Shown here in pieces: positions 37,265 through 48,305 of a DNA stretch of 56,236 nucleotides. This DNA comes from Sedimentisphaerales bacterium (GTDB lineage: Bacteria; Planctomycetota; Phycisphaerae; Sedimentisphaerales; SM23-30), in assembly GCA_963663805.2 (NCBI GenBank), contig CAXXMR010000034.1:1-56236 (forward strand), written 5' to 3'. A program made the translations under genes and the position numbers. The notes under the pieces are model-generated. The model made no database searches. It had not been told where the DNA came from and worked only from the letters and a program-made list of their open reading frames with translations. Numbering within the stretch: position 1 is the stretch's first letter; every line of letters starts with the position of its first letter.

Positions 37265-39372
37265 AAACCGATAATTCTGCAGACCAAACTATCACCATCG
37301 CCCTGGCAGGCAATCCCAATTCGGGCAAGACAACCATTTTCAACAATCTCACCGGTTCCAGCCAGCACGTGGGTAACTATCCCGGCGTTACCGTCGATAC
37401 CAAAGAGGGTTTTCTTAAACGCTCGAAAACAAAAATTCGCGTGGTAGATCTGCCCGGCACATATTCACTTACCGCTTACACCCTTGAGGAAATTGTTGCC
37501 CGTAATTTTATTCTCGACGAGAAGCCGGCAGCGATTGTCAATGTCATTGACAGCACCAACCTGGAACGCAATCTTTATTTGAGTGTCCAGTTCAAAGAAC
37601 TCGGCGTCCCGCTTATTCTCGTGCTCAATATGACCGACGAACTGCGACAGCGGGGTTTTAATATAGACACTCAGCAGCTTAGTCAATCTTTCAATGCCCC
37701 GGTCGTTATGACTATCGGCTCAAAAAACGAAGGCACCCCCGAACTAATTGACAAAATCATCGAAGTCACCCAGGGCAACTGGCAGGACTATGAAACCGTG
37801 CCGGTTCATTACGGACAGGAAATCGACACTGAAGTTGAACGCATTGCAGAACTTATCGACACAAAAATCCATCATAGTCAGGATTTGTACTTCAAAACGG
37901 TTTCTTCAAAATGGCTAGCCCTGAAACTGCTCGAAAATGACAGCGATGCCCGCAACAAAATTGCCGACACCAAACTCGCGAATGAATTGCAGAATATTAT
38001 CTCCAGCCGCCGGAATCATCTGGAGAACGTTTTTGGCGACGATCCCGAAATCGTCATCGCCGAACAACGCTACGGCCACGCCACCGGAATATCCCGTGCG
38101 GTACTCAAACATACCATGCAGATGCGTGTCAACCTTTCCGACAAAATTGACAAAATTCTAACTAACCGCGTTCTGGGACTGCCAATTTTTGCGATATTAA
38201 TGTATTTCACTTTCTGGCTGGTCTTCACTATCGGCGAAATCCCCATGGGCTGGATTGAAACAGGCCAGATCTGGCTGGCTGATACTGTCGCGTCAAATTG
38301 GCCGGGAGGAAACCTGACACTCCTGCGCTCACTCATACTCGACGGTATCATCGGCGGCGTGGGCGGCGTGATTATCTTCCTGCCCAATATTATGCTGCTG
38401 TTTCTGGCTATCGCATTGCTGGAAGATACCGGCTATATGGCCCGGGCAGCGTTTATCATGGACCGCCTGATGAAATGGGTCGGACTGCACGGCAAGAGTT
38501 TTATTCCCATGCTCATGGGGTTCGGATGCAGCGTTCCGGCTATAATGGGGACACGAGTACTCGATAATCGTCGCGACCGACTGACAACCATGCTGATTCT
38601 GCCTCTAATGAGCTGCGGCGCCCGCTTCCCTATCTATATGCTGATTATCCCCGCCTTTTTCGCCCGCGATAAGGCCGCTCTGGTCATGTATTCGATGTAC
38701 ATCATCGGCATTATCATTGCCGTAATCGCCGCCAAGGTTCTGCGTTCCACCGTGTTCCGCGGTAAACCGTCACCATTCGTCATGGAACTGCCCCCCTACC
38801 GCATCCCGACCCCGCGAGCGATTTTCCTGCACATGTGGCAGAGGTCGTGGCTGTATCTCAAAAAGGCCGGAACGGTCATTCTGGGCATTTCGATTATCCT
38901 GTGGGCCCTGAGCGTCTGGCCGGCGGCACCCCTGGAAAAACTTGAAGGACTAACCAAAACCCAGACCGAACAATTTTCCATAGAATACTCGGCGGTCGGC
39001 AGAATTGGCCGTTTCATCGAACCCGCCCTCAAACCCATGGGCTTTGATTGGCGAATCGGCACAGCATTGGTAGGCGCTTTGGCGGCTAAAGAGGTTTTCG
39101 TTTCACAGATGGGAATTGTTTACTCGCTTGGCGAAACAGATGAAGGCTCCCAGGCTCTGCAAAATAAATTACGCAAAGATTATTCAGCCCTGACAGGATT
39201 CTGCGTGATGCTGTTCTGCCTGATAAGTGCCCCCTGCGTCGCCACGATGGCCATCACGCGCCGGGAGAGCGGCTCATGGAAATGGGCCCTGGCCCAATTC
39301 GGCGGATTGACGGCCCTGGCGTATATCCTGACAACCATCGTCTATCAGGTGGGCAGTTTAATTCAAGGCTGA
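37261..39372 (+). CDS. feoB: Ferrous iron transport protein B
   Basis: GNPNSGKTT, VGNYPGVTV, DLPGTYSL, NMTD, GFGCSVPA, FVMELPPY. Confidence 0.98.
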   Translation: MKTDNSADQTITIALAGNPNSGKTTIFNNLTGSSQHVGNYPGVTVDTKEGFLKRSKTKIRVVDLPGTYSLTAYTLEEIVARNFILDEKPAAIVNVIDSTNLERNLYLSVQFKELGVPLILVLNMTDELRQRGFNIDTQQLSQSFNAPVVMTIGSKNEGTPELIDKIIEVTQGNWQDYETVPVHYGQEIDTEVERIAELIDTKIHHSQDLYFKTVSSKWLALKLLENDSDARNKIADTKLANELQNIISSRRNHLENVFGDDPEIVIAEQRYGHATGISRAVLKHTMQMRVNLSDKIDKILTNRVLGLPIFAILMYFTFWLVFTIGEIPMGWIETGQIWLADTVASNWPGGNLTLLRSLILDGIIGGVGGVIIFLPNIMLLFLAIALLEDTGYMARAAFIMDRLMKWVGLHGKSFIPMLMGFGCSVPAIMGTRVLDNRRDRLTTMLILPLMSCGARFPIYMLIIPAFFARDKAALVMYSMYIIGIIIAVIAAKVLRSTVFRGKPSPFVMELPPYRIPTPRAIFLHMWQRSWLYLKKAGTVILGISIILWALSVWPAAPLEKLEGLTKTQTEQFSIEYSAVGRIGRFIEPALKPMGFDWRIGTALVGALAAKEVFVSQMGIVYSLGETDEGSQALQNKLRKDYSALTGFCVMLFCLISAPCVATMAITRRESGSWKWALAQFGGLTALAYILTTIVYQVGSLIQG

Positions 39373-39380
39373 CAAACCGG

Positions 39381-40763
39381 TCACGTCCCGATTACCGCCC
39401 GCATACCACGATAGGCATCCACCAGATTTACAACCCGACGAAGTTTAGCCACCCGACGGGCCAGATACTTAGGCCGCAGGAAAAACTTGCGATAGGCACG
39501 CTGATAAAATTCCTGAATCTCCTCCAGCGAAACCGATGGCAATTCCATTACCGGATTGGCAAAATCATATTCGTCCCACTCTTCGGTTGTCAAATAGCCG
39601 TGCTGTTTGGCCCAGGTAAACATTTCCGTTCCAGGAAAAGGTGTCGCGATATTAAAAATCGCAACTTCCGTATCCAGCTCAATCGCAAAATCCAAAGTCT
39701 CCTGCATCGTCGCCAGCGTCTCGCCCGGATTGCCAATCATATAAGCCGCCCGAACATCAATTCCGGCTTCTTTGGTCAGAGCGACAGCCCGACGGGCCTT
39801 ATCCAAATCCGCCCGCTTGCCCACATTGGCTAAAATCTCGGCGCTGGCTGACTCGATACCGTACATAATCTGATGACAGCCGTGGGCCTTCATGTCAGCG
39901 AGCATTTCGGCGTTGATCGTATCGACACGACTGAAACAACTCCACGTCAAATCCACACCCAGCTCGTCCAAACCGGTACAAAAAGCGTGTACTTCTTTCT
40001 TGAATGCCGTGAATGTGTCATCGTAAAAACATATTTCCTTAATGCCGTAAGTATCCTGCAAATGCTTCACTTCCTCAGCCACCTTAAGACCCGAACGCAC
40101 CCGCAGCCGCTTGCCGAATATCCGATAGCAAAACGTACACCGACCCGGACAGCCCCGCGTCGCCAGCATCGAAATCGCCGGCATCCGTTTAGCCGCTCCC
40201 GCCGAGGGATAATATTTATCCATAGGCAGCAGATGATAGGCAGGCATGGGCAGGCTGTTAAGATCGTCTATCAGTTCCTGCTCAGCGTTATGCACTATCT
40301 TGCCGTCCTTGTCCCGATAGGATATCCCCTTTATTTCCTCATATGATTTGCCCGCCGCCAAATCAAGTATCGTAACCTCTCCCTCGCCCCGGACCACCAC
40401 GTCAACCGCGACCTCACCTAATGTTTCTTCCGGCAGAACCGTAGGATGTACCCCGCCCATCACAATCTGGGCACTGGGCCATAATTCGCGGGAAATCCGG
40501 GCGATAGCCCGCGCGTTGCTGATAATCGGGGTCGTTGCCGTTATTCCAATCATCTCGAAATTCCCCCGCGCCGCCAACTGACCTGCCATCTGGTCCATAG
40601 TAAAACGTTCCGCGTGAGCATCACATATCTGAACCTCATGCCCTTCACGCTCCAGTACTGCCGCCATCCACGCCAGCCCCAAAGGAGGCATCACGCAAGC
40701 GATATTCTTCCAGACATTACCATCACGCTTTACCCAGGGCGGATTCACCAGCAATATACGCAT
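39381..40763 (-). CDS. Cobalamin-binding radical SAM protein
   Basis: ILLVNPP, PPLGLA, GGVHPT, RGEGE, RGCPGRCTFC, GIES, PFPGT. Confidence 0.93.
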   Translation of the reverse strand: MRILLVNPPWVKRDGNVWKNIACVMPPLGLAWMAAVLEREGHEVQICDAHAERFTMDQMAGQLAARGNFEMIGITATTPIISNARAIARISRELWPSAQIVMGGVHPTVLPEETLGEVAVDVVVRGEGEVTILDLAAGKSYEEIKGISYRDKDGKIVHNAEQELIDDLNSLPMPAYHLLPMDKYYPSAGAAKRMPAISMLATRGCPGRCTFCYRIFGKRLRVRSGLKVAEEVKHLQDTYGIKEICFYDDTFTAFKKEVHAFCTGLDELGVDLTWSCFSRVDTINAEMLADMKAHGCHQIMYGIESASAEILANVGKRADLDKARRAVALTKEAGIDVRAAYMIGNPGETLATMQETLDFAIELDTEVAIFNIATPFPGTEMFTWAKQHGYLTTEEWDEYDFANPVMELPSVSLEEIQEFYQRAYRKFFLRPKYLARRVAKLRRVVNLVDAYRGMRAVIGT

Positions 40764-40946
40764 CGTCGGTCCTTTCCAATAAGGCATTTATCCTGCCTTA
40801 GTAGAATCGAACCACCAACGGACCGACTGAACCACCTAACAGAAATAATCGTTACAACCCGTATATTTACCCCATTATCCCCACTTTTGAATATTAAAAA
40901 TTGGAAATGGGATAATTATAGGACTATTTGCCGGCCTCTGCTAAAT

Positions 40947-42056
40947 TCAGAAAGCGTAGGGGTCGGCAGCGTCACGCAGACCGTCACCGAGGAAATTGAA
41001 GCACAATACGGTGGCTATAATGAAAAAGACTGGCATAAGCAGCCAAGGATAATGGGCTACAGAGGTCATGTTCATGCAATCCTGGAGCATTACCCCCCAG
41101 CTTACCACCGGCGGGCGCAGGCCGAGGCCGAGAAAACTCAGTGAGGTCTCGCCTAGGATCATCCAGGGGATAGTCATGGTAAGATAAACGATGATATGGC
41201 TGGTAAGGCCGGGAATGAGATGGCGGAAGATGATGCGGCGATGGGTTGAACCCATTAGATAGGCAGCCAGAGCGTAATCCTCTTCACGTAGAGCCAGAAG
41301 TTTGCCGCGGACAACGCGAGCTAAACCAGTCCAGCCCAGCAGACTCAATACAATTGTGATAGAAAAATATATTCGCAGCGGCGACCAGTCGCTGGGCACT
41401 ACCGCACCGAGGGCAAGCCAGAGAGGGAGCTTGGGAATTGAATTGATAATTTCGATGGCACGCTGGATAAAATTGTCAACCGCGCCGCCGAGATAGCCCG
41501 ATACACCGCCTATCGACACACCGAGGATAAAAGCCGCCATAATGCCGACCATACCGACCGAAAGTGAAATTCGTCCACCATAGATTATACGCGAGAAGAT
41601 GTCACGACCATACTTATCGGCACCGAGCAGAAAGAAGGTTGCCGGTTGCTGAACATCGGCAGCGATACCAATGAAGTGGCGTTTGCAGGAAATAAGGTTC
41701 CAGAGTTTGTAGGATTCGCCAACCGCGAAGAAAGTTAGCGGAATTACGCGTTCACGATTTTCGACGTAAGTTTTAGCGAAAGTTACCGGGTCAACATGTT
41801 TGGTTACAGGATATACATAAAGGCCGTGCTCCAGTGAGATTCGCGGCAACTGGGGCGGGCAATAAACAAAATCCAGGTTGCGTGAGTTGGGTAAAGCGAC
41901 GGCGAAAAATTCACAGAGCAGTCCCATTAGGTACATCAAAATGAGTACATAAAGCGAAACTACGGCCAAACGATGACGGGCGAAACGCCTGCGAATGAGA
42001 ACCCACTGGGAATCACAGGGTTGGGTGTCTTTGATTGTCGTGGTTGTTTCGGACAT
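40947..42056 (-). CDS. Oligopeptide/oligosaccharide ABC permease (OppC-like)
   Basis: LGADKYGRDIFSR, EEDYALAAYLMGS, FNFLGDGLRDAADP. Confidence 0.93.
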   Translation of the reverse strand: MSETTTTIKDTQPCDSQWVLIRRRFARHRLAVVSLYVLILMYLMGLLCEFFAVALPNSRNLDFVYCPPQLPRISLEHGLYVYPVTKHVDPVTFAKTYVENRERVIPLTFFAVGESYKLWNLISCKRHFIGIAADVQQPATFFLLGADKYGRDIFSRIIYGGRISLSVGMVGIMAAFILGVSIGGVSGYLGGAVDNFIQRAIEIINSIPKLPLWLALGAVVPSDWSPLRIYFSITIVLSLLGWTGLARVVRGKLLALREEDYALAAYLMGSTHRRIIFRHLIPGLTSHIIVYLTMTIPWMILGETSLSFLGLGLRPPVVSWGVMLQDCMNMTSVAHYPWLLMPVFFIIATVLCFNFLGDGLRDAADPYAF

Positions 42057-42065
42057 TTATCAATC

Positions 42066-45000
42066 TCAATGGGAGGTGCCGCTAAACCTGATTCGCGGGT
42101 CGAGCCAAAGTAAAAGTAAATCGCTGACAAGCGTACCAATAACACCCAGCATACTGAGCACCATCAGCATAGAACCAGCCAGGTACATGTCTTCCATCAT
42201 CAGAGCGTGGAGCATCAGAGGGCCGACGGTGGGCAAACTCAAGACCATGGCGACAATGGCACCGCCGGAGACAAGCTGAGGAAATATGCCGCCAATGCAG
42301 CTTATAAATGGATTTAGAGCAATACGAACAGGGTATTTCAATAGCAGGCGAACAGGGCCTAGCCCCTTAGCCAATGCGGTCTCGACGTATGGTTTGCGGA
42401 GTTCGTCGAGCAGGTTGCCACGCATGATACGAATCATATTCGCGGTCCCACCGACACCGAGCACCACAACCGGTAGCCAGATATGCCTGATGAGGTCGAG
42501 AAATTTACCCCAATCCCAGTGCGGCTGAGCGGCGAATTCGCTGGAGAACAGACCAGAAATTTCGACACCGAAACATATTTTCGCCAGGTGCATGAGGATG
42601 AGAGCCAACAAAAATGAAGGGACGCTCATACCGAGAAAGCTCAGAAAGCTGAAAAAATAATCTGTGGGCGAATATTGCCTGACCGCTGAATAGATACCAA
42701 CAGGTATCGCAATAATCCAGGTCAGCAGGATCGTGCCCAGAGAAATAAGGATGGTAAGAATTATGCGGTCGCCGACGAGTTGATTGACAGACTGGCCCCC
42801 ACTCATACTGCGTCCGAGGTCGCCCTGCAGCAAACCCATATCCTTGCTGTCGAAAGTTACGAACCAGTAAAGGCCCATCCAGTGGGCATACTGGGCAGGC
42901 AAAGAACGGTCCAGCCAGAACATTTTGCGAAGTTCCTCGATTTGCTGAAGCTGGGCGGTGTCGCCTTGTTCCTCAAGCATCATGATGCGTGAGGTAAGAT
43001 AATCGCCCGGCGGGGCTTGAATAATCAGAAAAATAATAATGGAAATCACCAGCAGTGTAGGTACCATAATTGCTAGACGACGGGCGATATAAGGATGCCC
43101 AACCGCAGCATGAATGACAAGCAGCGCAGCAACCAGGATGAATGACCAGCGGATAATTTTAGCCAGAGCTTGGGATATTGAAGTTGAACGAGAACCATCT
43201 ACTCCCAAAACGCCAGCCTGAGGCATCTGCACGTTTAATATCGCGTCCTGTATATCCGCGACAATTTCATCTGACATATCAGGATTCTGAAAATAATAGG
43301 TTTCGATTCCGGCATTACCGGGCGATTTGAATTCCCAGCAGCTAACCACATCGCGGGGCACATTGTGCATATCGCTATCCACGATAGTAAGCACCGGCGG
43401 TGGAGTTGAAACATTGATAGTCCAGAGATTTTCGGCGTTAATATGCAGGATTTTATCGAAATACTCCTTTTGCTGTATCGGGTCACTGTAGGAACAGGCC
43501 TTGTCATACAAATTCATAACCTCGCGGCAGGGATGACCGGGCGGGGGGGCAATACCGACGGTCGCGGCGTCCGGATTGCTGTCATATAATCCGCCGCGGC
43601 CAAACCACTGGGCAAAAGCAATGGCATAATTGCAAGCGGAGGTTTCCGGCACAAAATACCGCGGCGAGACAATAGGCAGAAACTCGCTATTGCCTATCCA
43701 GACAGTAAATTCCTGCTGAAGTCCCATCTTTTCGATATAAAACAGATCGCGATTACGAAAACGAGGGATGGCCCGCACACCCACCACGGCCCAGTCATCA
43801 ACAATCATCTGGGCAATACCGGGACTGCCCCAACTCAAGGCAATATTAAGATAAAAGGTCATGCGCGTACCGTCGCCAAAGGTTCGCATCCCTTCCATAT
43901 CTCGATTTGCAAGGCCAATTTCGTCCAGCAGTTTATCAGCCGCAACAGAGTCAAAGCCGGTATAGGCTCGGTAGGATTCTTCATCGTAGAAAAATGATTC
44001 CGGCGGCGGCATGCACTGGGCCGGCTCAGCCTGACCGTTATATTCAGCTTTAATTATCGCCCGACGGTTGATGGCCAGTGACAAGGCACGACGGAAACGA
44101 ACCTCGTTTAGCAACTGAGACTTATTAAGCGTCTCCGGCTCATCGGGACGAACCTGATAGTTGATATTAACCGCTATAAGAAACAAACTGCGGTCGCCGG
44201 GATACCAATGATAGAGTTCGTAACCACCGCTGTCACGCTGAGACATTAGATGAGTGTATTCTTCATAGGGTATATAACGTCCCTGCATACCGACCTGTCC
44301 ATTAGCCGCGGCGATAGCTATCATCTCATTGGTCTTGGCCTGAAAGACCAGACGATCGATATACGGCAGCTGATTGCCCGCCGAGTCAACCGCGAAATAA
44401 TACGGATTGCGGACCAGCGTAAAAGGCGGATTGGCGGTATAACGCTGGTAAATCCAGGGCCACAAACGAGGATAATCAGGATATTGCTGAAGATTGGTTA
44501 TCATCTGACGAAAAAGACGAACCGCCGAAGGCATCCTCCGGGACTGACACAAACTTTCGATAAGTTTATGGTCGCCGATAGCGGGATGATATCGACTCAA
44601 ATAATGAGCGGGATAGCTAAGCATATTGGCGTTATATTCGCCCAGACCCGACATGCCGTCAGAAGCCAGCCTCGCCAGAAAAGCCCCGTTAGATTCCGGG
44701 AAGGTAATCTGAAATGTATATTCATCGATTGATTCAAGCATACCGGTTTTGCCGCGAACCTTCATAATATCAGGAACGCGGGCCATGATGTCTTTATCGT
44801 TAGCGATATGCTGCCACCAGAAAACAATATCGGCAGTAGTAAATGGGTGGCCGTCAGACCATTTCATCCCCCGGCGCAAGTGAAATATAAAAACACGATT
44901 ATCGTCGGAAATCTCCCAGCTTTTGGCGACATGCGGCACAATAGGATAGCCCTGCGGCGACCAGCGGACCAGAGAAACATACGACAGACGTGAAGCGATT

Positions 45001-45401
45001 TCGCCGGGCAAACCAGTTTCCGGGGACAGACGATACCAGGTGCCGCCATATTTGCCAATACCTTCGACCCCTTCCAGCACCAACGGTTCATCACCGACAC
45101 GCTGCACGACAGGCGGCAAATCCCCCACCTTTACTAAATCAGCCAAAACAGGCGGCTCTTCCTGCGGATGCCAGGATGCCGTTTTTTCTTCATAATCAAC
45201 AGAACGATAAATAACCGGTGGATTATCTTTGTCGATGTGAATAGCACGCAGCTGCCGGGCAGCTTGAATCTGTTCCGGTGTGTAATCATTCACAGGACCG
45301 GAAAGGTCAGGACGAAGCAGCAGAGAGGCCCCCACCAGCACTAAGGCAAAACCACATGCTGTCAGTATGAAGCGTAAAATATATCGCCCGGCACGTTTCA
45401 T
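42066..45401 (-). CDS. Fusion of family-5 substrate-binding protein and OppB-like permease
   Basis: LPPVVQRV, LRRGMKWSDGHPFTTAD, RNPYYFAVD..GNQLPYID, then TM part GDLGRS, DELRKPYVETALAKG, LDPRIR in one open frame. Confidence 0.9.
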   Translation of the reverse strand: MKRAGRYILRFILTACGFALVLVGASLLLRPDLSGPVNDYTPEQIQAARQLRAIHIDKDNPPVIYRSVDYEEKTASWHPQEEPPVLADLVKVGDLPPVVQRVGDEPLVLEGVEGIGKYGGTWYRLSPETGLPGEIASRLSYVSLVRWSPQGYPIVPHVAKSWEISDDNRVFIFHLRRGMKWSDGHPFTTADIVFWWQHIANDKDIMARVPDIMKVRGKTGMLESIDEYTFQITFPESNGAFLARLASDGMSGLGEYNANMLSYPAHYLSRYHPAIGDHKLIESLCQSRRMPSAVRLFRQMITNLQQYPDYPRLWPWIYQRYTANPPFTLVRNPYYFAVDSAGNQLPYIDRLVFQAKTNEMIAIAAANGQVGMQGRYIPYEEYTHLMSQRDSGGYELYHWYPGDRSLFLIAVNINYQVRPDEPETLNKSQLLNEVRFRRALSLAINRRAIIKAEYNGQAEPAQCMPPPESFFYDEESYRAYTGFDSVAADKLLDEIGLANRDMEGMRTFGDGTRMTFYLNIALSWGSPGIAQMIVDDWAVVGVRAIPRFRNRDLFYIEKMGLQQEFTVWIGNSEFLPIVSPRYFVPETSACNYAIAFAQWFGRGGLYDSNPDAATVGIAPPPGHPCREVMNLYDKACSYSDPIQQKEYFDKILHINAENLWTINVSTPPPVLTIVDSDMHNVPRDVVSCWEFKSPGNAGIETYYFQNPDMSDEIVADIQDAILNVQMPQAGVLGVDGSRSTSISQALAKIIRWSFILVAALLVIHAAVGHPYIARRLAIMVPTLLVISIIIFLIIQAPPGDYLTSRIMMLEEQGDTAQLQQIEELRKMFWLDRSLPAQYAHWMGLYWFVTFDSKDMGLLQGDLGRSMSGGQSVNQLVGDRIILTILISLGTILLTWIIAIPVGIYSAVRQYSPTDYFFSFLSFLGMSVPSFLLALILMHLAKICFGVEISGLFSSEFAAQPHWDWGKFLDLIRHIWLPVVVLGVGGTANMIRIMRGNLLDELRKPYVETALAKGLGPVRLLLKYPVRIALNPFISCIGGIFPQLVSGGAIVAMVLSLPTVGPLMLHALMMEDMYLAGSMLMVLSMLGVIGTLVSDLLLLWLDPRIRFSGTSH

Positions 45402-45421
45402 AACAGCCCATCGCCCCCGCT

Positions 45422-46576
45422 CTAAAGCCATCCGGTAGCCTCAGCAAGCAGTTTAACATAATAGACGAAGTTTTGCCAGGAAACATCTGCCGGGACACCA
45501 TGATCACAACCGGGAATCATCCCCCCTTCTTTGATAACCGGACTCAAACGGGCAATTTCTTTTTCGATAGTTTCACCGCCAGCAGCGATTGCCCGCTTAT
45601 CAACACCACCCAGATAAGCCATCTTACGGCCATATTTGCGGCGGAACCTGGGAACATCACAACCAGCCGCAACCTCCATCGGCTCACAGAAATTCATGCC
45701 CGCCTCAATCCAGATAGGAATAAGCTCCCCCACAAAACCGTCAGAATCAACGCCGTACACCGGACAACCCGCCTCCTTGACCCGACGTCCCCAACGCTGC
45801 CAGACAGGCAATATAAACTCATGCACCATACCGGGCGAAATCATAGCAAAACCCTTATAGGCCATATCTTCATTTATGCGTATATAGTCCGGCTGGATAT
45901 ATTCGAAGGCCCTTTCGAGCAAACGGTCGATAAAATCTGACCAGAAGGCAATCATATCGCGGACCATATCGGTTTCATCGTGGAAGGCCATGCACAAATT
46001 CTCAAAACCCATCCACTCCCGCAACTGCCAGAACGGTCCCGGAAAACTCATCCCCAGAGGAAACTCCCGCTCACGCAGCCGCTGAGCCTTAGCCCCCGCG
46101 TCCGCTGGCAAACGTGAAGCATCTTCCGGGTCGTAACGCTCTTTCATTTGCTCCCATTCGTCGCGATTTCCCACCGGACATTTAAGCCAGCGCCGAGTAA
46201 CAAAATCAATCGGATTAACCAGATATTCCAGCGAATACTCCTTGCTTATTTCGCAGACATTACCCTTCCAGTCCTGCACCACAAGTGTACGCTCACGTTC
46301 CTCAACCACCTTTTCCTCAAACTGCGGAATCATGCGTTCGTTGACATAAAAACCCTCACCCGGCCGAGGCCACGCAAAAGTGCCGCCCACCTGGCGATAC
46401 GCATACTCAGCCACATCCTTCACATTTTCGGGCAGTCCCTCACTATGCCAGCGCTCCAGAGTGCTCTTACGCCCTCCGCCGGGCAGTAAGGGGCACCTGT
46501 CCGCCTTGCCAAAAAGTACCGTTTCCAGCCAGCGCTGCCGGACGTTCATGGTTTCACACAACATAAAATACCTCAC
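45422..46576 (-). CDS. Uroporphyrinogen decarboxylase/MtaA-like family protein
   Basis: GPFWQLREWMGFE, EDMAYK..MISP, DSDG, GGVDKR, GGMIPGCDHGVP; start could be 46549. Confidence 0.85.
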   Translation of the reverse strand: MRYFMLCETMNVRQRWLETVLFGKADRCPLLPGGGRKSTLERWHSEGLPENVKDVAEYAYRQVGGTFAWPRPGEGFYVNERMIPQFEEKVVEERERTLVVQDWKGNVCEISKEYSLEYLVNPIDFVTRRWLKCPVGNRDEWEQMKERYDPEDASRLPADAGAKAQRLREREFPLGMSFPGPFWQLREWMGFENLCMAFHDETDMVRDMIAFWSDFIDRLLERAFEYIQPDYIRINEDMAYKGFAMISPGMVHEFILPVWQRWGRRVKEAGCPVYGVDSDGFVGELIPIWIEAGMNFCEPMEVAAGCDVPRFRRKYGRKMAYLGGVDKRAIAAGGETIEKEIARLSPVIKEGGMIPGCDHGVPADVSWQNFVYYVKLLAEATGWL

Positions 46577-48303
46577 TTACTCCTGTAGGTCGGAACTTCA
46601 CTTAGAATGCGGCGGACCGTATTGAAGGCTAGCTTGGGTTTGCGATGCTCATCGACGAGACCTTTATTATTGAAATTGCGGGGCCTGCCCAGCGAAACCT
46701 TAGTCATAAACGCAGTCCGCCCGTCGCAATACTGCCAGATATAAAAACCCTGAACCAGGTTGTCAGTAGTCAGAGCGGTTAGAGTCTGACGCAAGAGTTC
46801 TTCCTGATAATTTTCTGTCCAACGCCGCCATTTTTCAAAAGTAACCTCGCCGGGAATCGCACCGCCACCAAACTCCGAAATAATAAAAGGTTTGTGCTGG
46901 CCGTTCTCCTCCAGCCATTGTCGATGACCACGCAGAGACTCGGCATACCTTTCGGCCAGACCTTCGATAGGCGCGTCATCGTACCAGCCCGGATACATGT
47001 TCCAGCAAACCACATCAACCAAATCGAAGCAAATATCGTTACGCCCGCAGGCCGAGGCAAAGGTAATTAAACGCGAAGTATCCATCTCCCGAATATCCGC
47101 GGCAATTTTACTGAACAACGTCAGACCTTCCTGACTGCTGGACTTGGACTCATTCTGAATACTCCAGAAAATTATACTCGGATGATTGTAATCGCGCTCG
47201 ATGGTCTCCCGCATCATCTGCCGGGCCCGCTTTTCCAGTAGCGAACTGCCCAGCGACTCGGCAGGATGGTTCCAAAAAGCTATCTCCTCCCAAAAAAGAA
47301 AACCAAGCTCATCACAATAATCCAGCACTATAGGATCGTTGGGATAATGACTGCCGCGAATAGAATTACAACCAAGCTCCTTGATTATCTGCATATCGCG
47401 TAGTATTAAAGGACCGTTAACCGCATAGCCAAGCTCCGGCTGGTCATTGTGGCGATTGATACCTTTAATATAAATTTCCCGTCCGTTCAGAAAAATACCG
47501 GTACCACGCGTCTCGACCTTGCGAAAACCGGTACGTTCAAACAAATCATCATAACTGCAACCCAGATGAAACATATAAAGCCGCGGACTATCCAAATCCC
47601 AAAGCTCAGGCCGAAAATCATCGATAACAAACTCTATCACCCCAGCCTTGCCCGTCTCAATAGTCGCGTTTACGGTCTCATACCGAATGCCATCGACACT
47701 GAGAGTAAAATCATCGAGAATATCACCCGCCGCCCAATTTTTAACCACCGCTTCAACTCTAACCTGAGCAATTTCGCAAGCATCCCATGCTGTATCGATT
47801 TTGATAGTATCTATTGATAGAGCATCGAAAAACTCCAGCTCCACCGAACGATAGATTCCACCATACACAAACCAGTCCACAAACCGCAAAGGCAAAGTAT
47901 CGGTCTCGTTAACAGCGTTATCAACTTTAACCACCAGACAATGCTCACCAGACGAAAGGCCGGGCACATCAAAGCTGAAACGATTATAGCTGCCATAATG
48001 TTCACCCAGCCGCTTGCCGTCGAGAAAGACCTCGGCCTGTCCACTGACAGCGTGAAAAGTCAAACGCCCGTGAACAGGTCGCCCAACATGGAACTTTTTG
48101 CAGTACCAGGCGGCTCCCTCATAACCGTATCTATCCAAATCAAAATTCCAGCACGAAGGAATATATATCGCGTGACCGGAAAGATTCTCACCCTGCGCAT
48201 AACCCAAACCCTCGCCCTTGCCTTCCGGGTCATAAGTAATCGTCCACGACCCGTCCAGACAGATGCCGCACCGCTGTACTGACTTCTGAAATAAACGCTC
48301 CAT
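46573..48303 (-). CDS. GH2 glycoside hydrolase, beta-glucuronidase-like
   Basis: YGGIYR, KGINRH, RGSHYP, WSIQNE (acid/base), ISEFG (nucleophile), NNKG motif; no signal peptide. Confidence 0.9.
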   Translation of the reverse strand: MERLFQKSVQRCGICLDGSWTITYDPEGKGEGLGYAQGENLSGHAIYIPSCWNFDLDRYGYEGAAWYCKKFHVGRPVHGRLTFHAVSGQAEVFLDGKRLGEHYGSYNRFSFDVPGLSSGEHCLVVKVDNAVNETDTLPLRFVDWFVYGGIYRSVELEFFDALSIDTIKIDTAWDACEIAQVRVEAVVKNWAAGDILDDFTLSVDGIRYETVNATIETGKAGVIEFVIDDFRPELWDLDSPRLYMFHLGCSYDDLFERTGFRKVETRGTGIFLNGREIYIKGINRHNDQPELGYAVNGPLILRDMQIIKELGCNSIRGSHYPNDPIVLDYCDELGFLFWEEIAFWNHPAESLGSSLLEKRARQMMRETIERDYNHPSIIFWSIQNESKSSSQEGLTLFSKIAADIREMDTSRLITFASACGRNDICFDLVDVVCWNMYPGWYDDAPIEGLAERYAESLRGHRQWLEENGQHKPFIISEFGGGAIPGEVTFEKWRRWTENYQEELLRQTLTALTTDNLVQGFYIWQYCDGRTAFMTKVSLGRPRNFNNKGLVDEHRKPKLAFNTVRRILSEVPTYRSK

Positions 48304-48305
48304 AC

